Source: Octopus vulgaris
Taxonomy: Eukaryota
Length of the DNA: 64,000 nucleotides
Direction: 5' to 3'
Assembly (NCBI GenBank): GCA_951406725.2
Contig: OX597815.1
Span: forward strand, 101,990,001 to 102,054,000
Part shown: positions 40,021-53,983 of the stretch, piece after piece
Numbering within the stretch: position 1 is the first letter of the stretch
How the letters are laid out: every line of letters begins with the position of its first letter
Notes under the pieces: generated by a model
The model's input: only the letters and a program-made list of their open reading frames with translations
What the model was told of the DNA's origin: nothing
Databases searched by the model: none
Program-made: the position numbers and the translations under genes

Positions 40021-43000
40021 TAACTAAAGCTTATTAAGTCCCTTCAATTAATATTTTTGTGAATCACGAACTTTTCTGCTATTACAAAGTTAAGGCGGTG
40101 TTAGTTGCCAAATCTTCCTTAGAATAAGCTGCAGTCGTGTCCATTCGATGACAATGAGAACTGGAATGATGTTGAACAGAATATCTGGCAAACAATTCCA
40201 ACACAGACACAGGTATTGTGACGTATAGCCAGCTGGAAATGATGTTTCCTGGGGTTAAACAACATTAATTATCGTCCTTATCAGTACAGCCACATTATGT
40301 TGGCAAATAGCCTTTACTTTAAAGAACTGTTACTGAATATCTCCTTTTGTGAGATTTAGAAATAATGAATCCAACCCACTTTTGCTACTGTCTATTTCAA
40401 TAAACTCAAATTCATGTTCAAAATCTTTTACACGCACGCACACATACATAGCTTCATCTATACATCCATCCATCCATCCGTCCATCCGTCCATCCACCCA
40501 TCCCTCCTTCCATCCATTCTTTTATTAGTATCATTAAGATGATTTTGGTCATAATGATGCAACACCTTTTAGATTATAGTAGAATACAATAGAGATCTTA
40601 TTGAGTGGTACATATCTTGTTGATCTCTGAACGTTGAAAAGTAAAGTGGACCCAGGAAGGAGTTGAACTTAGTTCATAAAAAGACGCAGCTAAATACATA
40701 AGTAAACAACTTCCATGTATGTGTGTGTTTTTGTGTGTATGCGAGCGCGTAGTCATATCCGTACATACGCTCATACACACACACACACACATATGTATAC
40801 TTTGAACATATGTCTTCGTAGTGGAGCAGGTGTCTACATTACGGACGTTATATGTTTTTGTTACTTTTCGCGCCAGAATATATGTAACGACATGTGTTTT
40901 TGTTTTTTTCCTTTCTATGGGTGTGTTCATAAAGAATACATTGATTTATAAAGAACAAACAAGAGCGCAGCTATTCTTATGCACGTATGTACTCAGTGAG
41001 CAGATCAAAGTGTTTACAAATGATTATATACCTTTTACCGGACTTGAAACTATTAGGTGCAACTTTGCATACAATGTATTCAAACATGAACTTACAAACA
41101 ACAAAGTTCAAAAACTCAACAGTTGCAGAACATATTTATCAGTGCGTTCTATTATATGTCCTCTTTTAGCATTCTTTTCTTACTCATCTACTTCTCTTTC
41201 ATACATTTTCTTTAAAGATACGTTTTTACATATTGATTATCTGTCAATTTTCAAGCAAATGACAGCATCTGTGTAAGGTTTCCCGGTCTGTAATGCATTT
41301 CAAGTAAGAGGGGAAATAATCTACGAAATACGATGTTTGCGATTTACCTTCGACAATATGAATTTCATTTAATGGCAAATATTTTAATGTATCTGCGGTA
41401 TCATGGCCGCATCTTTCTGTATCCATTGAAGTTTGTCTCATATACTTTGAATTTTATATGAAAATTAATACTTTCGATTATGTTTCGATTATGGGTTTTC
41501 AGGTTGTTTAAGAGAGCTTTTTATGTACTTATTGTATTATAATATAAATGGCCGAATACTCTACATGTATACTTGTAGGTCATATTTATAATTTTAACTG
41601 ACTGAATTAGCGCAGTACTATGCAATAACTATTGTCCTTCGAATTTCAGGTCCGCTGGTTTTCAAACCTGTGTGATTAACTGTCTTGAAAGCAGCACTAT
41701 AAATAAGAGAGATATCGGCAAGGCTATAGAAACTACATAAAGACATGCAGAAAAGGCTGCATTAGTAGAACGCAGCAGTTGATTTCCATGTACGTCAGAG
41801 TACATTTTAACGTTACAAGTTAGTTAACAACGCGCATGCCCAACATTCACTTCCACAAATCATGTAAACAATTCTAGAGTCCAAGACAATGAGACGATAT
41901 AATATATTGATTAAACTGAATTTAAAAGTTTTTAAAATCTTATTTTAAACTAAAGTCTGTCTACACTGAAGTGATGAGAAAATATATCTGATTGAATGAA
42001 CAATGAATAACAAAGAAAATCTCGAAAAAGTACGAAATAAAGTCATCTGAAATAAATATATTTATGAATGGTAATGCATAAGAATACAGTTAAGGAATAT
42101 CCCTCCCATACTATGTAACGTCAAGCAGGAAAACATTCAGAGTTAATTTGACCCTCATCTTTGAAGTTGAGTACCTTATAATCTGTATATATTTTGTAGT
42201 TGCTCAATCGAATACGACGCGGCTTTTTTTCTGTAAACAAGAAACATCTCTATCTTGTTGCTGAAAAAAAATTAAAATACTGAAAATCCATGACTTATCA
42301 ACTGATATGTTTACCAAAATTTTACATGAATCTAAATCCTAATACATTCTACAAGATTTGCAAGTGATTTTTGTTATAAACAGTCACTTACTGTCAGGAG
42401 AGAAAATTACTCTGAAATATGTGTACTTCCTTCATAAAAAAACATTTCGAGAACTGCTAAGACGAGAAAAAGATTTGAATAGAATTTTCTTGCAAAAGAA
42501 TGAATGACAATATGTTTCTTTCAAATTGGATTAATCCGATAAAAAACAAATGAAAATCTTGAACAGCACACATCAACATTAGATAAAGCAGAAATGAAAC
42601 TAGAAATCAACTAGATGAAAAAGTAAAAAAATAGAATTAAACCAAAAAATAAAGTAGAGACTGGAAAATATTTATATCTAACATAAACCACAAAGTAAAG
42701 AAATGAAACATTTTATTCCAAGCAACAACATGACAATCTAACAATGGCGATACTACATTCCGTACGACCATAACATCTAGGCAGGAAGCAAACTCCATCC
42801 AAAGTCAGTCATCAAATAGCATATAAAAATGCAGAATAAAAAAATATATATATAGACCGTGATATATTCTACATCCATCTGTCAAACGCTAGAGCCGTAA
42901 TTAGCTTTGCAAAATTTCAAAAGCCTCTGGGACTAAAGGAATCCCAAATATATACTTGAAGCATCTAATCCTTGGAGCAATTAGTGCACACATCAAGATA

Positions 43001-43782
43001 TTCATCTACTCACGCCAACGCTAGCGAAATAAATTCTATGGATCTGAAAAGGTAGAAATATAACAATTATATAACCTTTAAAAACCTCAAAAGAATTAAC
43101 ATCACGTCAATGCATGACTTTCTCTACCCTCTCACAAAAGTTTTAGATGAAATCAATCTTGATATTACCGATGCAGGTACTGCTCTTTTCAGTAAACAAC
43201 ATATACCGCTACAACATCCATTATTAATTACACTGTCGCAAAACATAAACACACTGAGAATGAATAATAAATTCAACAAAAGAAAAGACTGTACACGAAT
43301 ATTTCTAAGTAACATCAACACCAGATTTCAACTTTCTTCGTACAATGATGATGGATCTCGCATCAGTTTCGGCGATAAGTTTTCTTGTTATATGAATCTG
43401 ACTGCTCATTGAAAACTATAACCATGAACATTATCCCTCACCTGCTACAACAGATAAGCAGAAAATATATCTACGCAAAAATAACAGCTCCAAGCAATGT
43501 GCTTCGAATAAAAGCTCCAAACAATGTGTTTCGAAGCACAGTACTAGAAATTAGTAAAGATGCATAATAGCTGTCGCATTCCAATTAAATCCATCTTGCC
43601 CGCATTTTTATGGTTACCGCCGGATTAGACGTCTTATTCAAGTTAACTATGCTGCAGCTCATGCTAAACCATTGCATGTTGACTCTACCATTTGGTTTCT
43701 ACGAGGCAAAGATCAGTATAAGTAGAGAGATAGATATAAAAATTACACATATATACACATATACACAAAATTACACATTTAT

Positions 43783-44598
43783 AGGCGTAGGAGTGGCTGT
43801 GTGGTAAGTAGCTTGCTTACGAACCACATCGTCCCGGGTTCAGTCCCACTGCGTGGCACCTTGGGTAAGTGTCTTCTACTATAGCCTCGGGCCGACCAAA
43901 GCCTTGTGAGTGGATTTGGTAGACGGAAATTGAAAGAAGCCCATATATATATATATATATATAGTTAATCCAAACAAGAAAACAAAAAAAAAACAACAAC
44001 GCGAGGACGTGGAACAAATATAGTATTATTGGACGCTCAGGAAAGAAGGGAAGAAGGAGAGATTAACGTTTCGAGCGGAGCTCTTCGTCGGAAACATAGG
44101 AGAAGGAAAGATCCAGAGAAGGGAAGACAGAGGAAAAAAATCGCCAACGGTACACACGAGGTCACATTTTGAAAGACCGGAAGGAGAAAGGGTGAAGAAA
44201 GATGTTTTCAAAGACAGAAGAGTTTTCGAAGACAGAAGAGTAGTATGGTCAAAGACAGCGGAATGTAGGAGGGGGAATGTGTGTGTAAGTGTGGATGTGT
44301 GCGTGCGTGGAGGTCTGCGTGTGCGTGTGTGTGTGTCTGTGTGCAATGATGACACGTGTTTGTGCGTGTGTGTGTGTATGTGCGTGTTTGTGTGTCTGTG
44401 TTTGTCCCCCTAACATCGCTTGACAACCGATGCTGGTGTGTTTACGTCCCCGTAACTTAGCAGTTCGGCAAAAAAGAGACTGATAGAATTAGTACTAGGC
44501 TTACAAAGAATAATTCCTGGGTCGATTTGATTGACTAAAGGCGGTGCTCCAGCATGGCCACAGTCACATAACTGAAACAAGTAAAAGAGTAAAAGAGT
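43783..44598 (+). mobile_element. Full SINE family 2 with a Penelope-like hammerhead fragment nested in its internal microsatellite
   Basis: Head 43783-43943, insert ~43964-44400, tail 44406-44598; an uninterrupted copy lies at ~46258-46750. Confidence 0.8.
44061..44095 (-). ncRNA. Minimal hammerhead motif, second copy of 1127-1161
   Basis: Same core and stem II; one stem I mismatch. Confidence 0.55.
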
Positions 44599-45423
44599 AT
44601 ATGATAAATCTGACTGGCAGGAACTCAACAACCACGACAAATAGCAACAGCACAATCAGCAACAACCAAATCCACTGAGGAAGAGCCAAAGAGAAAGGTC
44701 ACTAGCTGTATGATCGACTTGCAAGCAACTTCAAGCTTAATCTCACTCTTACCGCATACTAACTGTTTATAAAATGAAATAAAATGGACGTCAGTGGAAA
44801 TAAGATTTGGAGCCTACAATATATAATTAATGGTTTCAAATTTTTGCACAAGACCAAAATGTTTGGGCGAAGGGCCCGGTTGATTACATCGACCTCACTG
44901 CTCTATTGGTACTTATTTTTATCGACCCCGAAACGATGAAAGCAAAGTCGACCGCAGCAGAATTTGAACTCAAAACGTAAAGACGGACGAAATGCCGCTA
45001 AGCATTTTCTCGATACGGTAACGATTTTCTACCAGCTAGCCAACTTGCAAATGTCTAATATTCAAAAAAGCAGACCTTAGGTAACTATGCCGGGCAAAAT
45101 GTTTTGCAGCATTTTATCCGTCTTTACGTTCTGAGTTCAATTTTCACTGAGGTCAACTTGGCTTTTCAGCTGTTCGGGGTCGATAAAATAAGTACCAGTT
45201 GAACACTGGGGTTGATTTAATCGATTTACCCTCTCCTCCTAAATTTCAGGCTTTGTGTCAAAATTTGAAGCCAGCATTAAAAGTAGACCTAATTTCTCCT
45301 CTTAAAACAGAGAGAAGAGTGAGAAGATTGGGAGAAGTGAAAGCAGAACGAATGTTTGAAAAGGGAAGTGCAAGGTGTTCGAGAGATATAACATACATAC
45401 ATGCATACATACATATATACATA

Positions 45424-45467
<44 letters not shown>

Positions 45468-45692
45468 AGACATCCACACACACATCCACACACACACATC
45501 CACACACATACACACACACACATATATATATAGTATTGGAGACAGTGTATCTTCTAGCAGAGAGCAGCAGGAAATATAAATTATACGTTATATAAGGGAG
45601 ACATAAAGTAAAAGTTCGGGAAGAGATTAAATAGCATGTTCCAAGTATAGAAAGGTGTTGATACTGATGATCACAATGATGATGATGACGAC

Positions 45693-45751
<59 letters not shown>

Positions 45752-46984
45752 CGCTTGTGAAGCGTCTGTAAAAATTATTGATATTTTATAGGAAATATTT
45801 GGTAGGAAATATTCTTAGGCATAAAGAGCCTTTTTTAAAAATTTTCTTTTCTTTTTGCTTTTTTATTTTTTGCCAGTCGCAGTCAGTGTTATAGAGTTCG
45901 TAGCTCTATACGGGAAAGATTGCCTCTAGAAGATGGCTGACATTCTTCTTTTTACTGCTTTTTTTTTCTTTCTTTTCTAAAACAAAAATAAAAATGAGAA
46001 TCTGAATTTAAGAAACCCAAATTAAAGCTGAGTTGACTCGGAATAAAGATTTATGATTTGAAACGACAAGAAATATATCTTTATTAAAAACTATGACAAC
46101 AACTACAACAAAATTGCAAACATAACCGGAACACCTATCAAAAATGGACGCTATAATACTCACCAATCTAGGGATGAACTTTATGGAATGTAAGCAGTTT
46201 AAAATGTCGTTGAAGATATAAATCAATTTGCCATTTTGATCTTTTTTTTAAATATACGTATGGTTATGTGGTAAAAATATCTTGTTTCCCAACCAGACGG
46301 TTTCGAGGTTTCGAGTTCGGTCCCACTCGTCGAACTTTAAGGCAAGAGTCTTCTACTACAGCCCCGGGCTGACCAAAGCCTTGTGAGTAGAAACTAAAGG
46401 AAGCCCATGGTGTATATATATATATATATATATGCGCGCGCGTATGTGTATGTATATAAGTATGTGTGTCTATATGCTTCTATGTATGTATGTATGTATG
46501 TATGTATGTATGTATGTATGTATGCATGCATGCATGCATGTATGTATGTATGAATACACGAGTGTGTATCTTTGTATTTTTTTGCTCCTACCATCGCTTG
46601 ACAACCGACGTTGTTTTGTATGCGCACAAATGACTTAGCATTTTAGCAAATGAGAAGATAGGTACTACAATACTCAGGTCGATTTGCACGACTAAACCCA
46701 GTGAAGCGATGCCCCAGCATGGCCACAGTCTAATGACTGAAACAAGTAAATGATAAAAAAATAAACGTTAAAAAGTGCATCCCATACTTTATTTTTACTG
46801 GTGACCTATTTTGGAAAAAATATAAATGTATTCGCGCTTTGTATCCGTAAAACAAACCTAAGAAAAATTATATAGAAAGGAAGTATTTTAGCCGATGATT
46901 TAAAAATAATTAAACCACAAAAAATAATTATTTACTTCTCTATTTGATGAGTGAAGAATAAATAGCAATATTTAGGATTTCTAA

Positions 46985-47855
46985 GGCGGTGAGCTGGCAG
47001 AATCGATAGTAGGCCGGGCAAAATGCTTAGCAGTATTTCGTCTGTCTTTACGTTCTGAGTTCAAATTCCGCCGAGGTCGACTTTGCCTTTCAGCCTTTCG
47101 GGGTCGATTAAATAAGTACCAGTTACGCACTGGGATCGATATAATCGACTTAATCCGTTTGTCTGTCCTTGTTTGTCCTCTCTGTGTTTAGCCTCTTGTG
47201 GGTAGTAAAGAAATAAGAATCGATAGTAGGCCGGGCAAAATGCTTAGCGACATTTCGTCCGTCTTCGCGTTCTGAGTTCAAATTCCGCAAAGGTTGACTT
47301 TGCCTTTCATCTGCTCGAGGTCGATAAAATAAGTAGCAAATGAGTCCTGGGGTCGACGTAATCGACTTTTCTCCTTCCCTCGAAATTGGTGGCCTTGTGC
47401 CAAAATTTGAAACCAATATTTAGGCTTTCTAAGGCGCGAGTTGGCAGAATCGTTAGCGCGCCGGACAAAATGCTTAGCGGCATTAGGTCCGTCTTTATGC
47501 TTTGAGTTCTAATTCCGCCGAGGTCTACCTTTCATCTTTTTTGGAGTCGATAAAATAAGTATTAATTGAGTACTAGGGTCGATGTAATCGACTTACCCTC
47601 TTCCCCAAATTGCTGCCCTTGTGCAAAATATTTGAAATCATATTTAGGTTTTTTCAGGCGGCGAGTTGACAGAATTGTTAGTACGGTGGGCAAAATGCCT
47701 ATCGGCATTTCGTCTGAATTCAAATTCCGCCGTGGTTGACTTTGCCTTTAATTATTTCGGGGTTGATAAAATAAGTACCAGTTGAGCACTGGGGGTCTTT
47801 GTAATCTACTTGCCTCCTCCTTAGAACTTGAGGGCACTGTGCCAAAATTTGAAAC
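46985..47855 (+). mobile_element. Head-to-tail array of about four family 1 SINEs
   Basis: Repeated GGCGG..GAG.TGGCAGAATCG heads, B boxes and CCAAAATTTGAAACCA tails. Confidence 0.85.
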
Positions 47856-48305
47856 CAGCATGTAAGATATCTGTTTGTATTTTTTGAAATTTTAGAAATA
47901 TTTTGCATCATTACCTCCATCTTGCAGCATACTAATGTCCCTTCGTTGGGTAGCTAGCTGCATCTTGCGGCATACCAATGTCCCATCGTGGGGTAGCTAC
48001 CTGCATTTTGCACTACAATAATTTACTGCATTTATATCGTTTGAAAATCATGGGATTAAAATGTAAGAGACAAGAGGTGGAAGACAGAGAGGGGAGAGAA
48101 GAAAGAGAAAAAGAGAGGGAAGAAGTAAGAGTGAGAGAGGGAAGGAGAAAGAGAGAGAAAGAAAAAGAGAGAGAAAGAGAAAGTTAATGAATGAGTGAAC
48201 TGAGACGGTAGAGAGAACGAGAGAGTAGAGAGAGGCGAAGAATAGAAATAGGGAGTGAATGTGGTGTATGAGAGAGAGAGAGGGAAAGAGAAGGAGACAG
48301 TGAGG

Positions 48306-48381
<76 letters not shown>

Positions 48382-48753
48382 GGGAGAGAGAGAGAATGTG
48401 TATGGAACGAAATAGAGAAGAATTCTTCTATGCAATTCATTGTTAAAATCATTTATGCTGATTAGAAAATGGTTTGCCATATTAATTTTAACCCTCAGAT
48501 AAATTTCTGCCTGTTTTGTTAGAGGACGTTTTGCTACTCTTTGGACGCGATAGCTAATATGTGTGAGTTTGTGAGTACTGTGAAATGAAGAAGAAGTGAT
48601 GATGATGATGATGAGGAGGAGGAGGATGAAAACAGAGACAGAAAAAGGGAAACAGTGAGAGAATGAGAGAGAGGAGAAGTGAAAGAGAGAGAAAGTGGAA
48701 GAGAAAGAGGCAGAGACAATAACGAGGTGAAAGAAACAATGGATGAGAGAGAG

Positions 48754-48803
<50 letters not shown>

Positions 48804-49234
48804 AGTGATAATGAAACAATTAGTGACAAACATATATAATCAGTGTATGTATGTATGTATGTGTGTATGTATGTATGTATGTATGTGTGTATGTATGTAT
48901 GTATGTATGTATGTATGTATGTATGTATGTGTGTATGTATGTATGTATGTATGTATGTATGTATGTATGTATGTATGTATGTATGCATGCATGTATGTGA
49001 AAGAAACAGAGACGGAAACAGAAAGAGAACGGCAGAGATATGTGATGTAAAGAAGAATCAGGAAGAATTAAGATAAATCGCAACTTGAATAAAGTATAAA
49101 AGATACAGTGAGAGTAAAGACAAAAAGAATGATAGACAAGAGTCCTTCTTCTCCGAGAACTAGAGTGAACATGACAGAAAAAGAATGAGTGAGACTACGA
49201 AGAGAGAAAAGAATTTTCAGAGAAGTTGAAGGAA

Positions 49235-49291
<57 letters not shown>

Positions 49292-50039
49292 GCGGGGAGA
49301 GCGTGTGTGAAAGAGTAAGAGTGAGAAGAGAAAGCATAGAACAGAGTGAGAGTGTGTGAGGAAGTGAACGACAGAGAGATAGTATGAGAAAAATCAGAGA
49401 TATAAAGGGTGTAAAAGGAGAGAAAGCACTAACAGAAGAGGTGAGAGAAAAAGGGATGAGGACAAAAAGATGACTGTTAAAGTGAGTGAGGATAAGTGGG
49501 AGAGGGAAATAGATAGAAATATTACAGAGAAAGTGTATAGGTGTAGGTGTAAGGAGTATGAAGGATTTATTTATTCATCTACTTTTTTGTTTCGGGGCTT
49601 TCCTTTTTCAGAACAAAGACTCAGGCAAAGTTACTGAATCTAGAAATTCAAAATATCTATTCCCCCTCTTCTTGTTCTCTCTCTTGCTCCTCCTCCTCCT
49701 TTCTCTCCACCTTTTTCTTCTCCTCACTCTTGCTCTTCTTCTTTATCTTTTAATTGCTTCGTTTATCTATACTTATTTTTCTTTGTTTAAAGAGGAATTC
49801 TTTCTTTCAAGAGCCACACTAAAACTCCGTTTGCCTCTTTACTGGCAAACAACGCAAAGCAAGTGTGTTTGTAGTTGTAATGTGGTTGGATTTTATTAAT
49901 AGGAGGCTGATGTATAGATTACAAAAAAAAATAATAATAATAATAATAAAATAAAAAAAGGTGGGTGGGTTAAGGATTTCTGAAATCATGATTAATAATA
50001 TCCATCCTACCCTGACCGCTTTTGCTTTTCTTTTCTAAC

Positions 50040-50230
50040 CCCATCTACGATGGCGCGTGTCGGCCGTTGGCAGACAAGCCGCCATGTTCCCACCATCGGT
50101 CACGTGTCCTCGATCCGCTATTGTTACTGCACTAGAGACACTAGAGGGAGAAAAGAAGAAGAAATAAACCTCGTAAAAAAAAACGGAAGTATGCCGATGG
50201 AGACTTCGTTTAGCCGTAACACCTGAAACG
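50040..50230. promoter_or_regulatory. Candidate CpG-rich promoter or enhancer island
   Basis: Sequence not repeated in the window, CpG-rich, with GCCGCCATGTT (YY1-like), CACGTG (E-box) and CGGAAGT (ETS-like). Motif evidence only. Confidence 0.35.
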
Positions 50231-50859
50231 AACCAAAACAATGGAAACAGCCAGAAACCTGGATAAATTCATACTTCAGCATCCATCATGTCGCTAATGG
50301 TTGCTCTATTTCTGATTACTTCCTGTTTTCATGATAGTTTGAAAAATAAAAAGAAAAAGTAACAAGACAAAAAGAAAAAAATTAGATAAATCAGAGAATG
50401 TGTGTATGTGTCTACATGTTTACGCGGTCTGCGGGCAGTTAACATACATTTATGGGCGTGCGTCAGATTTTCGTTTCGTTGAGCTTGGGTCGTTTTGCTT
50501 GTTTGTTTAGTTGTTTGTTTATGCTTTTATTGTTATTTTCTTCATGTATTATTTTCTATTCTTTACGTCTTTACTTTGACTGTTATATTTTTCGATCTTC
50601 TCAATTGTGTGAATCTGAGTCAGTCTGTCTGTCAGTCGGACTGTCTGTCGGCCTGCCTGTCTGTCTGTCTCTGTCTCTCTCTCTTTCTTTTTTACTACAC
50701 ACACACACATGTAACATGTATACATACATATATATGTGTGTTTATAAATAAGTATGTGTATACATATATATATGTATATATGTATATATACATATATATA
50801 CGTATATATATATTCATGTATATATATACATATATACATGCATACACACACACACACAT

Positions 50860-50910
<51 letters not shown>

Positions 50911-50993
50911 CATATACATATGTGTGTGTATGTGTATGTGAGTATAATATATATAAATTAGAGAAAAGCCACTATTATGTAATTCAAACATGG

Positions 50994-51051
<58 letters not shown>

Positions 51052-51579
51052 TATCTGTACATATATACACATATATGTACATATATACATATATAGTGGT
51101 GGCGAACTGACAGATACGTTAGCGCGCCGGACGAAATGCTTAGCGGGATTTCGTCTGTCGTTACGTTCTGAGTTCAAATTCCGCCGAGGTCGCCTTTCAT
51201 CATTTCGGGGTCGATAAATAAAGTACCAAATCGCACTGGGGTCGATGTAATCGACTTAATCCGTTTGTCTGTCCTTGTTTGTCTCCTCTATGTTTAGCCC
51301 CTTGTGGGCAATAAAGAAATATATACATATATATCTTTATATATGTATACATTTATGTGTCTGTGTCTGTGTTTCTCCCCTCATCATAACTTGACAACAG
51401 ATGTTGGCGTGTTTACATCACCGTAACTTGGCAGTTCAGCAAAAGGGAACGATAGAATAAGTACTTGGCTTACAAAGAATAAGTTCTGGGGTCGATTTCT
51501 TTGACTAAAAATCCGTTAAAATGGTGCTCCAACACAGTTGCAATCAAATCCTGAAACAATTATGAGAAAAATAAATATG

Positions 51580-51643
<64 letters not shown>

Positions 51644-51899
51644 TAATAATAATAATATATTCGCGTAAGCGCAAATGTTCGTACCTACACATGCGCGCCC
51701 ACACACACACGTGCGTGCGCCTAAAAGTATACATTCATCCACCCTCGCTTGAAAACGTACACATCCTCACTCTCATCATTCGCCAAATGTATATGTATAA
51801 ACATACAAATCCACACATACACACGGTCAATAACGGTCAATCAGACAGTAATTTTCCTTTGTATAACGGTCATTTTTCATAGCATTTTTCCGATGGCTG

Positions 51900-51960
51900 G
51901 ATAACTGAAGAGATGGCGGCGTGGATTTCCACCTCGGCATCCGAAACTCGGAGTTTTATC
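51900..51960 (+). ncRNA. Type I hammerhead; copies at 53271-53331, 54654-54714, 56088-56148
   Basis: GAUAA-CUGAAGA-GAUG...GUGG auuu CCAC...CAUC-C-GAAA-CUCgGAG-UU^-UUAUC. Confidence 0.75.
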
Positions 51961-51995
51961 ATGGCTACCGAATAATTGTCACATATTACATTTTC

Positions 51996-52036
<41 letters not shown>

Positions 52037-52385
52037 CGAGCAAAACGCTCCCCGTCCAATGGACGGTGCTGAGTTGTCAAACATTTACACCAAATTTTCT
52101 CAAAACAACTTGTCCGACCGTCCCATAAGGCTCCCCTTTGAGAAACACTGATTTAACCTAAATTTGAGACACCAGCAAAAGATGGATTTCGACTGATGTA
52201 GTTGCGCGTACAAATGCACGTTCACACGGCTTTATCGATCGCATTCTCGCCTGGAATCGATTTTTGTAATTTTTTCAATACCGTCAGTATCAACATATTA
52301 AATTTGAGCGCAGTCGGATGGAGGATGCCCGAGATCTTAGAAGACACACACACAGAGACCGACAGAACGGATTTTATATAATAGA
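52037..52385 (-). mobile_element. Non-autonomous Helitron-like element, one per tandem unit
   Basis: Minus strand starts TCTATTATATAAAA and ends with hairpin CCGTCCATTGGACGG then CTCG (CTAG variant). Confidence 0.65.
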
Positions 52386-52405
52386 TATATATATGAATAT
52401 ATATA

Positions 52406-52475
<70 letters not shown>

Positions 52476-52513
52476 TATATGAATATATATATATATGAAT
52501 ATATATATATGTT

Positions 52514-52558
<45 letters not shown>

Positions 52559-52568
52559 TGTATGTATG

Positions 52569-52604
<36 letters not shown>

Positions 52605-53110
52605 CATATGCACTCATATATACACACACATATTTATATATTATTTAGTATTGTTATTTAACTGAACACCGCGCATCCATTTTCAAGTAAGTTTATCTTC
52701 ACCTTTTTCATGTCGCTCTACTCTACACTGTTTTCTTCCTCCATCCATCTCTAATTCCCTTTTTCTTGTCCTCCTCTTTCACTGTTTTCTATCTGTGTGT
52801 CTCTCTCTCCCTTTTTCTCTTTTTCTCTCTCTCTCTCTCGTTGCTCGTCCATCTTTCTTTTCCTCACGTGACCATCTTTCTTTTCTTTCATGGATTTTTA
52901 AAGAACTGGACGTTATTTTTCTCTCTCTTCTATCGTTTCTCTTTTCAAAGAAAATATTTATTTCCCCTTCGTTATGTTCTAAAGACCCTCCATGTTTGTT
53001 TTCGTTCGGTTACGTTGTATGTCTCCACTGTCCTGTTTTTGTTCCCAACTTTGACCCTCCAAAAATCCTAAATTATATTTTAGAATTTATGGGAGCAACT
53101 GTTTTGAAGA

Positions 53111-53178
53111 CTCATATTGTCGTTAAATGCTCGAAATGAGGTGTAGATAGACAGCCGACAACTGATAAAGGGTAGTTT
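53111..53178 (+). ncRNA. Non-circularly permuted hammerhead (subfamily B, G8A core); copies at 54494-54561 and 55928-55995
   Basis: CUCA-UA^-UUGUCG-uu-AAAUGCUC-GAAA-UGAG-(15 nt)-CGACAA-CUGAUAA-A-GGGUA(g)UUU. Confidence 0.65.
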
Positions 53179-53366
53179 CTCTGTGTTTACTTGTACTATA
53201 ATAACGGTCAATCAGACAGTAATTTTCCATTGTATAACGGTCATTTTTCATAGCATTTTTCCGATGGCTGGATAACTGAAGAGATGGCGGCGTGGATTTC
53301 CACCTCGGCATCCGAAACTCGGAGTTTTATCATGGCTACCGAATAATTGTCACATATTACATTTTC

Positions 53367-53424
<58 letters not shown>

Positions 53425-53792
53425 GAGCAAAACGCTCCCCGTCCAATGGACGGTGCTGAGTTGTCAAACATTTACACCAAATTTTCTCAAAACAACTTGT
53501 CCGACCGTCCCATAAGGCTCCCCTTTGAGAAACACTGATTTAACCTAAATTTGAGACACCAGCAAAAGATGGATTTCGACTGATGTAGTTGCGCGTACAA
53601 ATGCACGTTCACACGGCTTTATCGATCGCATTCTCGCCTGGAATCGATTTTTGTAATTTTTTCAATACCGTCAGTATCAACATATTAAATTTGAGCGCAG
53701 TCGGATGGAGGATGCCCGAGATCTTAGAAGACACACACACAGAGACCGACAGAACGGATTTTATATAATAGATATATATATGAATATATATA

Positions 53793-53860
<68 letters not shown>

Positions 53861-53896
53861 TATGAATATATATATATATGAATATATATATATGTT

Positions 53897-53941
<45 letters not shown>

Positions 53942-53951
53942 TGTATGTATG

Positions 53952-53983
<32 letters not shown>

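Noticed and set aside
43110-43567. Non-repetitive A-rich ORFs as host exons
   Set aside because: No recognisable domain or splice support; more likely a decayed retroelement.
46985-47075. tRNA genes at SINE heads
   Set aside because: A/B boxes are present but there is no complete cloverleaf, and the heads continue into SINE bodies.
47918-48012. 43-bp tandem duplication (about 2.2 copies)
   Set aside because: Small local duplication with no further signal.
53104-53145. Canonical type I reading UUGAAGA...GAAA of the rearranged motif
   Set aside because: No stem II forms between them, whereas the A-C-B reading gives three stems with compensatory changes.
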